The position numbers and the translations under genes are program-made. DNA of 64,000 nt from Acidimicrobiales bacterium (GTDB lineage: Bacteria; Actinomycetota; Acidimicrobiia; Acidimicrobiales; RAAP-2). Below are positions 16,682 through 25,337 of this stretch, piece by piece. The notes under the pieces are model-generated. The model saw only the letters and a program-made list of their open reading frames with translations. It was not told the origin of the DNA and did no database searches. The first letter of the stretch is position 1. Every line of letters begins with the position of its first letter. Location of the stretch: positions 3,495 through 67,494 of the forward strand of contig JBPYFR010000175.1 of the NCBI GenBank assembly GCA_051985685.1, in the 5' to 3' direction.

Positions 16682-18118
16682 TCAGGCCCGGGTCGGCGCC
16701 GCCTCGACGAGGAACTGGTAGCCGAACATCGTGGGCCACAGATTGGACAGCAGGCGATCCATGAGCCGTACCGTGCGGGCCCGGGTGCCCTCGACACCGA
16801 GGGCGTCCAGGGGCAGCCCCACCGGCTCGATCCGCCGGATGGCGAAACCCTTGCGTTCGACCAGTTTGACCAGGCTGCGGCGGGTGAAGAACCTCAGGTG
16901 GGTCGAATCGAGGATGCCGCGCTGGTCGTAATCGAACATCCCGAGGGTCGAACGGAATCTCGGGTACCAGTGCGCGATGTTGGGCACGCAGAGCAGAGCC
17001 GTCCCGCTGGGCGACATGACCTCCCTGATCTGGCTCATCAGCGACCCGGGATTGAGCACGTGTTCAATGACGTCTGCCGCCAGAACGACGTCGAAGCCCG
17101 AGCCGACCTCCGACGGGATGCCTTCGTTGAGGTCAGCCTGCACGAAGGCGTCGGTGCGGTCTCGGACGCCGTCCAACTCGTTCACGTCGACGCCGGTGAC
17201 GTGGTGTCCCATCTGCCGGACGCGCTGTGCGAGCAGCCCGCTCGAGCACCCGAGATCGAGGACCCGGCTTTGAGGGCGACACTGCAGGACTTTCGAGATC
17301 CTGCCGTGTGAGCTGTCCTCGCTCGGCTTCAGCTGGTACTCCTCGCTGAGCGCGATGCCGCTCCCGTCGCCGAAGCCCGCCTTCTGAAGCCGGTAGGTGA
17401 CGACATCCTTCGTGACATCTGCCGCGTAGGCCAAGCCGTGGACATAGCAGATCTCGTCGCCGTAGTAGGTAGGGATGGGAACCTCGGCGATGCGCATTCC
17501 CGCGTCATGCATCTGGATGATGATCTGTGTGTCGAAATTGAACCCGTCCGTGTTCTCCTCGAACGGGAGCTGCTTGAGCGCGCTCACCGAGTACGCCCGG
17601 TAACCCGAGTGGAACTCGGACAGGTTCGTTCCGAGCGTCGCGTTCTCGAACCGAGAAAGGATTCGATTGCCCACGAACTTGTAGAGCGGCATGCCGCCGC
17701 GCCGGGCGGCACCTTTGATCATGGTGCGGGATCCGAAGACGGCGTCGGCTTCGTCCGACAGGAGCGGGCCGAGGATCTCGGGGAGCGACTCCGGCGCGTA
17801 CTGGCCGTCACCGTGCAGCATGACCACGATGTCGAGCCCGTGGTCGATTGCCAGCTTGTAGCCGGCCTTCTGGTTGCCGCCGTAACCAAGGTTGGTCGGC
17901 TGTCGGATCAGGGTGATCGGCAGATCGGACTGTTGCTGGTATCCAAGGCCCACCAGGTAGGTCGAGTCCTGGCTGTGATCGTCACTGACGATCACCTCTT
18001 CGATGTCAGGCCTGATCTCAGCCGGAATGCGGTCGAGCACCTTGGCCAGGGTCGACACAGCGTTGTACGCAACGACGAGGACCCCGATCTTCTTCTTCTT
18101 CGACCCGGTCACACTCAC
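16682..18118 (-). CDS. Bifunctional GT2 (DPM1/Ppm1-like polyprenol-phosphate glycosyltransferase type) and class I SAM methyltransferase
   Basis: N-terminus: GVLVVAYNAVSTLAKVLDRIP...VIVSDDHSQDST...NLGYGGNQKAGY...VVMLHGDGQYAPE. C-terminus: RVLDLGCSSGLLAQ...VVLAADVIEHVLNPGSLM...GTALLCVPN. Confidence 0.88.
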   Translation of the reverse strand: MSVTGSKKKKIGVLVVAYNAVSTLAKVLDRIPAEIRPDIEEVIVSDDHSQDSTYLVGLGYQQQSDLPITLIRQPTNLGYGGNQKAGYKLAIDHGLDIVVMLHGDGQYAPESLPEILGPLLSDEADAVFGSRTMIKGAARRGGMPLYKFVGNRILSRFENATLGTNLSEFHSGYRAYSVSALKQLPFEENTDGFNFDTQIIIQMHDAGMRIAEVPIPTYYGDEICYVHGLAYAADVTKDVVTYRLQKAGFGDGSGIALSEEYQLKPSEDSSHGRISKVLQCRPQSRVLDLGCSSGLLAQRVRQMGHHVTGVDVNELDGVRDRTDAFVQADLNEGIPSEVGSGFDVVLAADVIEHVLNPGSLMSQIREVMSPSGTALLCVPNIAHWYPRFRSTLGMFDYDQRGILDSTHLRFFTRRSLVKLVERKGFAIRRIEPVGLPLDALGVEGTRARTVRLMDRLLSNLWPTMFGYQFLVEAAPTRA

Positions 18119-18335
18119 CCCCAGCCTATCCTCACCCCCAGCTGATCCCCAGCTATCTGATCCGCAAGCGCGGACAGACTATCCATCGAACCGTACGTGC
18201 GGAAAGCGCGAACCGGATCCGAAGAATCCACAGAGCCAGCCGGGCGAAGCTCCTGGTAGGTCCGGCTGCGGGCCGTTCGCGGCGGACGAGGTGTGTGACC
18301 AATATGTGATCTGCCGGGTGCCTATGATTCGTCCC

Positions 18336-18375
18336 CTCAGGTCGGGATGTGTCGAGCGCTCGCTCAGGTCGGGAT
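18336..18375. repeat. Two perfect 13-bp direct repeats CTCAGGTCGGGAT (period 27 bp), ending 6 nt before ATG 18382
   Basis: Read directly: 18336-18348 and 18363-18375. Confidence 0.9.
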
Positions 18376-18381
18376 CGTCGC

Positions 18382-19842
18382 ATGTCCGCGGATGGGGGTG
18401 CCCGTTTGGAAATCAGCAGAAGGCAGCTGCTCGGCGCGTCCCTAGGGCTCGTGGGCACGGGCTGGGCGAGCCGGAGCGACGGGGCGTCGCCTGCGTTCTC
18501 GCTCCTTCAGACCGCGGCGGGACGACGGGTGACGTCCGGTCGGACCGTCGTTGCCCGGTACACCAGGCCGGTGCGAACGGGCAGCCTCTTGGTGGCGGTG
18601 GTGTCGAGGCTGTCAACAGAGAGCCTGGCACCGACGGTTGGGCAGGTTGCGGACGATCAGGGAAACCACTGGCGCCAGGCGGTGGAGTACTTCACCTTCA
18701 CCGGCCACCGCTACGGGGTCGATGTCTGGTACTGCGAGTCGGCCCGTGGCGGCAAACGGCCGAACGTAAAGGGGGTTTGTCTCGGCTATCCGGTCTACCC
18801 CGGCACCGATGGCATGAGGATGACCCTGTTGGAGTACTCGGGCGCAGAGGGATTCGAGCTTTGCGACCAGATCAGTCAAGCGGACATCGTGGGCACCAGC
18901 GTCACCGCGACGACCAATTTCGGCCTGGTGGCCAACGACGAGTTGGCCATTTCGGCCATCGTGGGCAACATGTCATCCGCCGTCGTTCCGAGCGGTTGGA
19001 ATTCCCGCGGGGCGGATGCCACGCAGGGCTGTTTCATCGCCGACACGCTCAGTACCGGTGGGTCGAGTGCCGGCTCGCCCTTGAGTGCTGCCTGGACGGG
19101 GTTGGCGGGAGGCCACGCCGGCGCGGCGGTCGTCGCAACATTCGTTCCCCGAGGCGTGAGCTCGAGAAGCCAGCGATTGGTGCAGTCCAGTTATACGGAC
19201 TCCGCCATCCTGCCCGCTGGGAGGGGTCATGCGAAGTGGACATCACAGCCATACCCCGTCGATCCGTCACCGGGGAACACGCTCGTCGCGTTCATGAACG
19301 GCTCGATCTACCACCCGCGTATCGACTGCGGATCCATCGTTGCGGTGAAGGATTCGGTCGGGGGGCACTGGTACAAGGCAGGGGAGTCCGGACCCGACAA
19401 TCACACGGGGCTCAACATCTCGTGCTGGATCTGTGACTCTGCCGTTGGCGGACCGACATCGCTGACGGCGACCTTCTCGAACGCGAGCCAACAGTTCGCT
19501 TGTCTGCTCCTGGAGTTCGCGAACCTCCCATCGAACTTGCAGGTCAAGAGCGTGAGCCGGCGGTCCTACGGAGAGGATCTTCCCCCCGTGACGAGCGGGA
19601 CGCCGGTCGCGGCGGGGGACATCGCCTTCGCCTTTCGAACCGATATCTACCGCTTCCTGCGGGGACCGGGCTCCCCAGCTTGGAAGCAGATGATGTCAGA
19701 TACGACCGGCGCCAATGCTCTGATGATGCTGGACACCTCGCCCGGGGAGATCACGGCATCATGGTCGGGGAAGGCCGTTGCGGGCGGACTTGACATACTG
19801 CTCGTTGCGCTCTCGTCGAACGATGCCGGTCGGCGACTGTGA
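18382..19842 (+). CDS. Tat-signal secreted protein of unknown function made of two homologous domains of about 210 aa each
   Basis: ORF 18349..19842. N-terminus MSADGGARLEISRRQLLGASLGLVGTGWA has a twin-arginine motif (SRRQLLG) followed by an h-region. The internal duplication is described in the findings. GTG 18349 is the alternative start. Confidence 0.75.
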   Translation: MSADGGARLEISRRQLLGASLGLVGTGWASRSDGASPAFSLLQTAAGRRVTSGRTVVARYTRPVRTGSLLVAVVSRLSTESLAPTVGQVADDQGNHWRQAVEYFTFTGHRYGVDVWYCESARGGKRPNVKGVCLGYPVYPGTDGMRMTLLEYSGAEGFELCDQISQADIVGTSVTATTNFGLVANDELAISAIVGNMSSAVVPSGWNSRGADATQGCFIADTLSTGGSSAGSPLSAAWTGLAGGHAGAAVVATFVPRGVSSRSQRLVQSSYTDSAILPAGRGHAKWTSQPYPVDPSPGNTLVAFMNGSIYHPRIDCGSIVAVKDSVGGHWYKAGESGPDNHTGLNISCWICDSAVGGPTSLTATFSNASQQFACLLLEFANLPSNLQVKSVSRRSYGEDLPPVTSGTPVAAGDIAFAFRTDIYRFLRGPGSPAWKQMMSDTTGANALMMLDTSPGEITASWSGKAVAGGLDILLVALSSNDAGRRL

Positions 19843-19926
19843 GAGGGATCCCGCACCGCTGGAATCTCTTCCATGGGAATGGCCCATGGTCGCCTCGAGG
19901 GCGCAGGCAAGGGCGTGTGACGACAG

Positions 19927-22404
19927 GTGAACCTCCTCATTCAGTGGCGGCCATCCCGTTTGCGTAGCCTTGCGACCGCCGTCGGCTCGGGCAGTAACCG
20001 CGCCGTGATCGATGGCGATCCTGCGCGAGGGAACGTGCGCCCTTCCTCTCCTTCTCTTCTGGGAATCGGCCGACCCGCCGGCAACTGGTCGGATGTGGCG
20101 AGTGTCGTTTGGCTCCTCGCGATGGCTCTGGCTGTGCTCGCGCCGGTCCTTGCCCACGGCGCTTCTTTTGGGTCTTACGACGTCCTCTCCCAGTTCGGCG
20201 TCCTTCGTCAACCTGGTGTCGTCGTTCACAATTTTCAGGCCGGAGATCAGTCAGATCAGATCATCCCGTGGGCGACGTTGGCGTGGACACAGGTGCATCA
20301 AGGCCACTTGCCGCTGTGGAACCCCTATGAAGCATTGGGAATGCCGCTCGCCTTCAACTGGCAGACAGCAGCGTTCAGTGTGCCGACTCTGATTGGGTAT
20401 CTGTTTCCGCTGCATCTCGCCTTCACCGTCCAAGTCGTCTTGACCCTGGTCATCGCGGGCACCGGCACGTACGTGCTGTGCCGAGTGTTGGGGCTGGGCA
20501 CGATGGCCTGTGTCTTCGCCGGCACCGTGTTCGAGTTGAGCGGCCCCATGCTGGGGTGGTTGGGTTGGCCGCATGCCGCCGCGCTCTCGTGGTCGGGCTG
20601 GCTGTTCGCTTGCGCTCTGCTGGTCATGAGGGGCCGGCACCGGCTTCGAGACATCACTCTGCTGGCCTTGGTGATCGCGGCCATGGTCTACGCGGGGCAG
20701 GCCGAGATTCTGGTGCTCAGTGCCCTCGCGCTCCTGATCTTCGTCGTCGTGCTCCTCATTCAGCGGGCGCCCATCTTCGGGGCGGCCGGGCCGATCCGCC
20801 GCCCCGTCCTCGACCTCGCCGTCGGGGTCGTCGCCGGTGGCGCCCTCGGTGCTCCGCTCCTGCTCCCCGGCCAACAGGTCGTGTCGGGGTCGCAGCGGGC
20901 CATCCCCGGCGGAGACCCCGCAGAGATCCTCAAGGGGAACCCTGCCCTGCCCTTCCACAACGTGCTGCACCTCCTCTTCCAGGGATTCGACGGGCTGCCG
21001 CTCGCGGGCAGCCATTGGTTCGGCTACATCGGGGGGTACTCCGAAACCGCTGCCTACGTCGGTGTGATCGCACTCGTGCTTGCCGTAACGGGTCTGGCCG
21101 TTCGTCGGAGACGCCCCGAGGTGGTCGCCTTCGCCGTCCTCTGTGCCGCCATGGTCCTGGTGGCCTTCGCGCCGCCGGTGGTGGCGCTCCTGTACCGTCT
21201 CCCGCTCGTCGGAACGGTGTTGTGGCAACGCGCCATTCTCCCGCTCGCCTTCGGCATCGCTGTGCTGGCGGGAATTGGCTTCGATGCCGTCGTACGCGGC
21301 CACGGCGAGCGTTCGGTTCGCCGCTGGGCGGGCGGAGGCTTCGGCGTGGCCGCACTCGTGCTGGTTGCGCTCTGGGCATTCGGCCGGGGCGATCTCCCCG
21401 AGCCTCTGGCCAGCATCAGGGCCGAGAGCTTCATTTGGCCTGCGGTCGGGACCGTCGTGGGCCTGGGTGCGGTCGCAGCACTGACATGGATGCACCGCCG
21501 TTCGAATGCGTCGGAGGATTCGGCCCACGAAAAAGGATGGCTGCGTCCCAACGCGGGACGGCTCGCCGGAGTGTCGTTGTTGGTTTGCGAGACGGCCTTT
21601 CTCGTGGCTGCCGGCGCTCCGCTGTGGACCTCGACCAATGCGCCGTTTGCGTCGACACCGGCCGTCGCCGCGCTCAAGAGCGCCGTGGGGTCGTCGGAGG
21701 TGGGGCTCGGTCAAACGTTGTGCATCCTGCCGCCCGGTCTCGCCATACCCGAGAACGCCCAATTCGCCTACGGGGTCCGGGAACTGGCGATTTACGATCC
21801 GATGATCCCGAGCGCCTACTACTCGTCGTGGCGTGACGTCAGCCGCGAGTCGCCGGGCCTGCCCAACGACTCGGTTTACTGTCCTGGCGTCAACACGGCC
21901 GAACTGGCCCGGCTCTACGGCATCTCGTTCGTACTGGAGCGAGCCGGATCACCGGGACCTCGAGGAGGAGTCTTCGTGAGGACGGTGGGAGATGACATCC
22001 TCTATCGGATCCCGGATGCGAGCGTCGCCACCCTCACCCCCTTGGCCGACGACGGACGGCTACCGGCGGACAACGCTCCGGGCACGCCCGTGGCCGTGTC
22101 CAGTGCTGATCCGTCGTCGTGGAAGTTGGTCACCGACGCCGACCGTCGGCAAGTGCTACGCCTTCGCCTCACCAACATCCCGGGATGGCACGCGACCGTG
22201 GACGGCCAGCCGGTCGCGCTTCGGAGCTTCGCTCGGGTGATGCTCCAAGCCGAAGTGCCCCCCGGGCGCCACACGGTCGAGTTGTACTACTGGCCGGCGA
22301 CGTTCACGACGGGTCTTGTCCTTGCCTCCGTCGCGGTGGGCGGTCTGGCCGGCGCTTTCGTCTACAGCTGGGCCCGCCGCCGTCGGCGACAGCGGGCGCT
22401 CTAG
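19927..22404 (+). CDS. YfhO-family polytopic membrane glycosyltransferase (GT-C fold), paralogue 1
   Basis: GDQSDQIIPWATLAWTQVHQGHLPLWNPYEALGMPLAFNWQTAAFSVPTLIGYLFP, many TM segments, and C-terminal LRLTNIPGWHATVDGQPVALRSFARVMLQAEVPPGRHTVELYYWP. The last matches the YfhO C-terminal pattern as I recall it. The true start may lie downstream, for example near 20093. Confidence 0.8.
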   Translation: MNLLIQWRPSRLRSLATAVGSGSNRAVIDGDPARGNVRPSSPSLLGIGRPAGNWSDVASVVWLLAMALAVLAPVLAHGASFGSYDVLSQFGVLRQPGVVVHNFQAGDQSDQIIPWATLAWTQVHQGHLPLWNPYEALGMPLAFNWQTAAFSVPTLIGYLFPLHLAFTVQVVLTLVIAGTGTYVLCRVLGLGTMACVFAGTVFELSGPMLGWLGWPHAAALSWSGWLFACALLVMRGRHRLRDITLLALVIAAMVYAGQAEILVLSALALLIFVVVLLIQRAPIFGAAGPIRRPVLDLAVGVVAGGALGAPLLLPGQQVVSGSQRAIPGGDPAEILKGNPALPFHNVLHLLFQGFDGLPLAGSHWFGYIGGYSETAAYVGVIALVLAVTGLAVRRRRPEVVAFAVLCAAMVLVAFAPPVVALLYRLPLVGTVLWQRAILPLAFGIAVLAGIGFDAVVRGHGERSVRRWAGGGFGVAALVLVALWAFGRGDLPEPLASIRAESFIWPAVGTVVGLGAVAALTWMHRRSNASEDSAHEKGWLRPNAGRLAGVSLLVCETAFLVAAGAPLWTSTNAPFASTPAVAALKSAVGSSEVGLGQTLCILPPGLAIPENAQFAYGVRELAIYDPMIPSAYYSSWRDVSRESPGLPNDSVYCPGVNTAELARLYGISFVLERAGSPGPRGGVFVRTVGDDILYRIPDASVATLTPLADDGRLPADNAPGTPVAVSSADPSSWKLVTDADRRQVLRLRLTNIPGWHATVDGQPVALRSFARVMLQAEVPPGRHTVELYYWPATFTTGLVLASVAVGGLAGAFVYSWARRRRRQRAL

Positions 22405-22456
22405 GCCCGTTGGAACCAGGGACGAGCCCGAAGAGATCAGGCCCACGATGCACCGA

Positions 22457-23716
22457 CTAGTTGGGACGGGTGCGCACGGGGACCGCCAATCCGGCCTCAT
22501 TGGATGCGTTCGCGGAGGAAGCCGTCAGGCGGTCGCTCGCGTCCGACGCAACGGCAGGGATGAGGACCGGCTTGCTGTACCTTCGCTCTTCCAGTCGCTT
22601 CCCCCACCGCGTGAGTGGGCGTTCCAAAAGGAACCACGACAGGAGGGTGAGGGAAAGGGTGAGCACGATGGCCACGACGACTCGTACGACGTCATTCCAG
22701 TGAGGATCGAAGTGCCGAATGGCGAAGAACACCGGCAGATGCCACAGGTAGAACCCGTAGGAGACGACACCGAGCGCGACCAATGGCTTGAATTCCAAGA
22801 GGTAACGGCCCCCCCATCGACCATCCAGTATCGCCAACAGGAGGGCGGCGACCGCGACGTCAATGGCAAGGAAGCCACCCCAGTAGACGAACGGCCCCTC
22901 CTGCGTTGCGAAGGGCAGGCAGGCCACGAGGAACGCGGCCGCGAGCCATCCCGCAACGACCAACCCCCGCTTCGGTTCTCTGCCGCGCATCCAGATGTGC
23001 GCGAGAAGGCATCCCCACAGAATTGAGTCCGCCCGCGTGTCCGTCCGGTAGAAGAGTGACCACCAGCGGTGCGTGTCTTCGTACGAGATGTACCGATGGA
23101 CGGCAATGAACGTAATCAGCGAGAGCAGTATGATCACGACCGTCCTGAGACGCATTCGGATCGAAAGGAGCGCGATCGTCAACCACGGCCAGATCAAATA
23201 GAACTGCTCTTCGAATGAGAGCGACCAGAGGTGTTGGAACCCCGAAGCGAGATTTGGGCTCAGGGGACTTGTGGCGCTCGCGGTGTAGTAGTTCGAATAG
23301 TAGAAGAGCACCGAGAAGATAGACGGGACTTCGGTGTGCAGCCACTGGTGGCTGAAGTACGCGAAGAGGGCGCTTGCGAGCACGACCACATAGAGGGCTG
23401 GAAGCAGCCTCAGCGCTCGACGCCGGTAGAAGGGCCCGATCCCAATCCTTCCGCGCCGAGCTTGCTCCTTCAGGAGCAACGCGGTGATGAGAAAGCCGCT
23501 CAGGACGAAGAAGGAGTTGAGCGATACCGTCGCTCCCGGGATCACCAGGAGGGTCGGTATGGGGAGAATGACATCCATGTGCGCAACGAAGACGATGAGC
23601 AGGGCTATCCCTCGCAGCCCGTTGAATCCGGGCACATCGCCGAAGCTGCGCGGCGGCTGGAGGGGTGCGGGCGCACCCGGACGACCCGAGCCGTCTGTGT
23701 TTAAGGTGTCCTCCAT
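22457..23716 (-). CDS. Acyltransferase family 3 (OafA/YrhL-type membrane O-acyltransferase)
   Basis: FNGLRGIALLIVFVAHM, FFVLSGFLIT, FYRRRALRLLPALYVV, LWSLSFEEQFYLIWPW. Confidence 0.9.
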   Translation of the reverse strand: MEDTLNTDGSGRPGAPAPLQPPRSFGDVPGFNGLRGIALLIVFVAHMDVILPIPTLLVIPGATVSLNSFFVLSGFLITALLLKEQARRGRIGIGPFYRRRALRLLPALYVVVLASALFAYFSHQWLHTEVPSIFSVLFYYSNYYTASATSPLSPNLASGFQHLWSLSFEEQFYLIWPWLTIALLSIRMRLRTVVIILLSLITFIAVHRYISYEDTHRWWSLFYRTDTRADSILWGCLLAHIWMRGREPKRGLVVAGWLAAAFLVACLPFATQEGPFVYWGGFLAIDVAVAALLLAILDGRWGGRYLLEFKPLVALGVVSYGFYLWHLPVFFAIRHFDPHWNDVVRVVVAIVLTLSLTLLSWFLLERPLTRWGKRLEERRYSKPVLIPAVASDASDRLTASSANASNEAGLAVPVRTRPN

Positions 23717-23858
23717 GCCCCTGCTTCCCCACCAGGCTGTCCGCGGCTCCGCTGCGAATCTGCCACAATACAGCCCGATTCGCTGACGAGGCCTTGCGGG
23801 GGTGACGGAACGCCGACACGGGAGTCTGTCAGGCTAGGGCGTGCTGTCCTGCCAATTC

Positions 23859-23887
23859 GGTGCCGGTGGGGGGGGACGTGCGGCACC
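23859..23887. promoter_or_regulatory. Inverted repeat GGTGCCG-N15-CGGCACC whose loop contains a G8 homopolymer (23868-23875), in the divergent acyltransferase intergenic region
   Basis: Read directly from sequence. No function is known. Confidence 0.5.
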
Positions 23888-24037
23888 TTTCGCTCGGGCC
23901 TGAGTCCTCGGTATCGAGACCCGCTGCGCAGGCTGGATCAACGCCCCTGATGTCTTTTGAGATTGGTATGTTGCTGTCCCCTCGGTACGTGTTGCTGTTT
24001 CTTTGGGACATCACTTCGTAAGGCTGAGAGCGCGGGA

Positions 24038-25291
24038 ATGAGCACTGACCACCAACCGAGCATCGCTTCGCGTGAGCCCGCCGCTGCCGTGCCAGCTGCT
24101 TCCGCGCCCGCCGTGCCCGCCATCCCATACGAACCACCCGAGATGAACGAGGCCTCGACCCCGGCCCCGACCCGCCCCTTCTCCCTGGGGAACCGCCCGG
24201 CGCTCACCGGCCTCCGGATCGTCATTCTCGCGCCGGTAGTGATCTTTCACTTCAATTACGGAACGATCTTTCCGGGTTGCTGGGCGTCCCTGTCGGTGTT
24301 CTTCGTTCTGAGCGGTTTCCTCATCACCACCATGTTGGCGGGTGAGCATCAGCGGTCGGGGCGGATCAGCCTCAATAGGTTCTACTCCCGCCGGGCAGTC
24401 AGGCTGCTTCCACCTCTCTTCATCACCGTGTCCCTTCTTGCGGTGTATGCCGCGTTCGTCAGCGTGGCGAACGCTTCGCAGCGGATCTGGGGTGACAGCG
24501 CAGCCGCCCTCTTCTACTATGCGGACTACCGTCAAGCGTTCCCTGCAAATCCCCTGTACGGGGGGTTCCTGACCCAGTGCTGGTCGTTGGCCGTAGAGGA
24601 GCAGTTCTACCTGATTTGGGCCGTGCTGCTCGTGGTCGCACTTAAGTTCGGGCATCGCAAGCTCTGCTACATCCTGGCCATTGCCGGAATCGTCATATGC
24701 ACTGCGGATCGCGTCTACATCGTTCTCAGTGCCGCGCATTGGAACATTTTCGTGGCCGACCGGACATACTTCGCGTTCGACACCCGTGGTGACGCACTCT
24801 TCCTCGGTTGCCTGCTCGGTCTCATCGCTACGGGCAACCACCTTGAAAATTGGAGGCCGGTCGCGAAGCGAGCTCTGGCAATCGGGGCTCTCCTCTCGGC
24901 TGTCGTGATGATTTGGGTCGTCTTCAACGTCGGCCTCTACGACCGATCGCTACCTCTCCTTTGGGTGTCCGTGACCGAAGTTGCTTCGCTGATCATCATC
25001 ACGTACTTCATCATTCATCCGAAGGGACTCGGGACGAGAGTGATGGGTCTTTCGGTGTTGGTGCTCTTCGGCAACATGTCGTACACCATCTACCTCATGC
25101 ATTGGCCTGTTTTCGTGGCTTTGAGTCCGTCGACGACCCATTGGTCGTACTGGGAGCTCGATGTCGTCCGGATGGCGATCGTCATAGCGCTGGCGTTGGC
25201 CAGCTGGTACTGGATGGAGAAGCCACTGACGAGATGGCGACGCCGATCGCACGACACGACCCGCGCGGCCCAGCCGGCGATGGCTGCCTAG
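24038..25291 (+). CDS. Acyltransferase family 3 (membrane O-acyltransferase), second copy, divergent from the first
   Basis: Part of ORF 23957..25291, starting at ATG 24038. LTGLRIVILAPVVIFH, FFVLSGFLITT, FYSRRAVRLLPPLF, CWSLAVEEQFYLIWAV. Confidence 0.9.
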   Translation: MSTDHQPSIASREPAAAVPAASAPAVPAIPYEPPEMNEASTPAPTRPFSLGNRPALTGLRIVILAPVVIFHFNYGTIFPGCWASLSVFFVLSGFLITTMLAGEHQRSGRISLNRFYSRRAVRLLPPLFITVSLLAVYAAFVSVANASQRIWGDSAAALFYYADYRQAFPANPLYGGFLTQCWSLAVEEQFYLIWAVLLVVALKFGHRKLCYILAIAGIVICTADRVYIVLSAAHWNIFVADRTYFAFDTRGDALFLGCLLGLIATGNHLENWRPVAKRALAIGALLSAVVMIWVVFNVGLYDRSLPLLWVSVTEVASLIIITYFIIHPKGLGTRVMGLSVLVLFGNMSYTIYLMHWPVFVALSPSTTHWSYWELDVVRMAIVIALALASWYWMEKPLTRWRRRSHDTTRAAQPAMAA

Positions 25292-25337
25292 TGGGATCTC
25301 AGCGAGAATCAGCGTTCGTGGTGATCGAGAAGAACGT

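Noticed and set aside
18090-18101. (CTT)4 trinucleotide run, encoding Lys4 (AAG x4) at the N-terminus of the GT2-MTase, as a possible contingency repeat.
   Set aside because: There are only four units, and slippage would stay in frame, giving KKK or KKKKK. A basic N-terminal patch is a simpler explanation.
20251-21762. Very long antisense or shadow ORFs: 20251-21762 (minus), 52076-53620 (minus), 59899-61413 (minus), 61983-63599 (minus), 58280-59857 (plus), 14296-15684 (plus), 13235-14650 (plus), 9707-11071 (plus), 6741-7754 (minus), 40024-41172 (minus) and others.
   Set aside because: Their products are Arg/Pro/Gly/His-rich with no recognisable motifs. Each lies opposite to, or out of frame with, an ORF that has clear family signatures. 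This is the usual stop-codon-poor shadow-frame effect in high-GC DNA.
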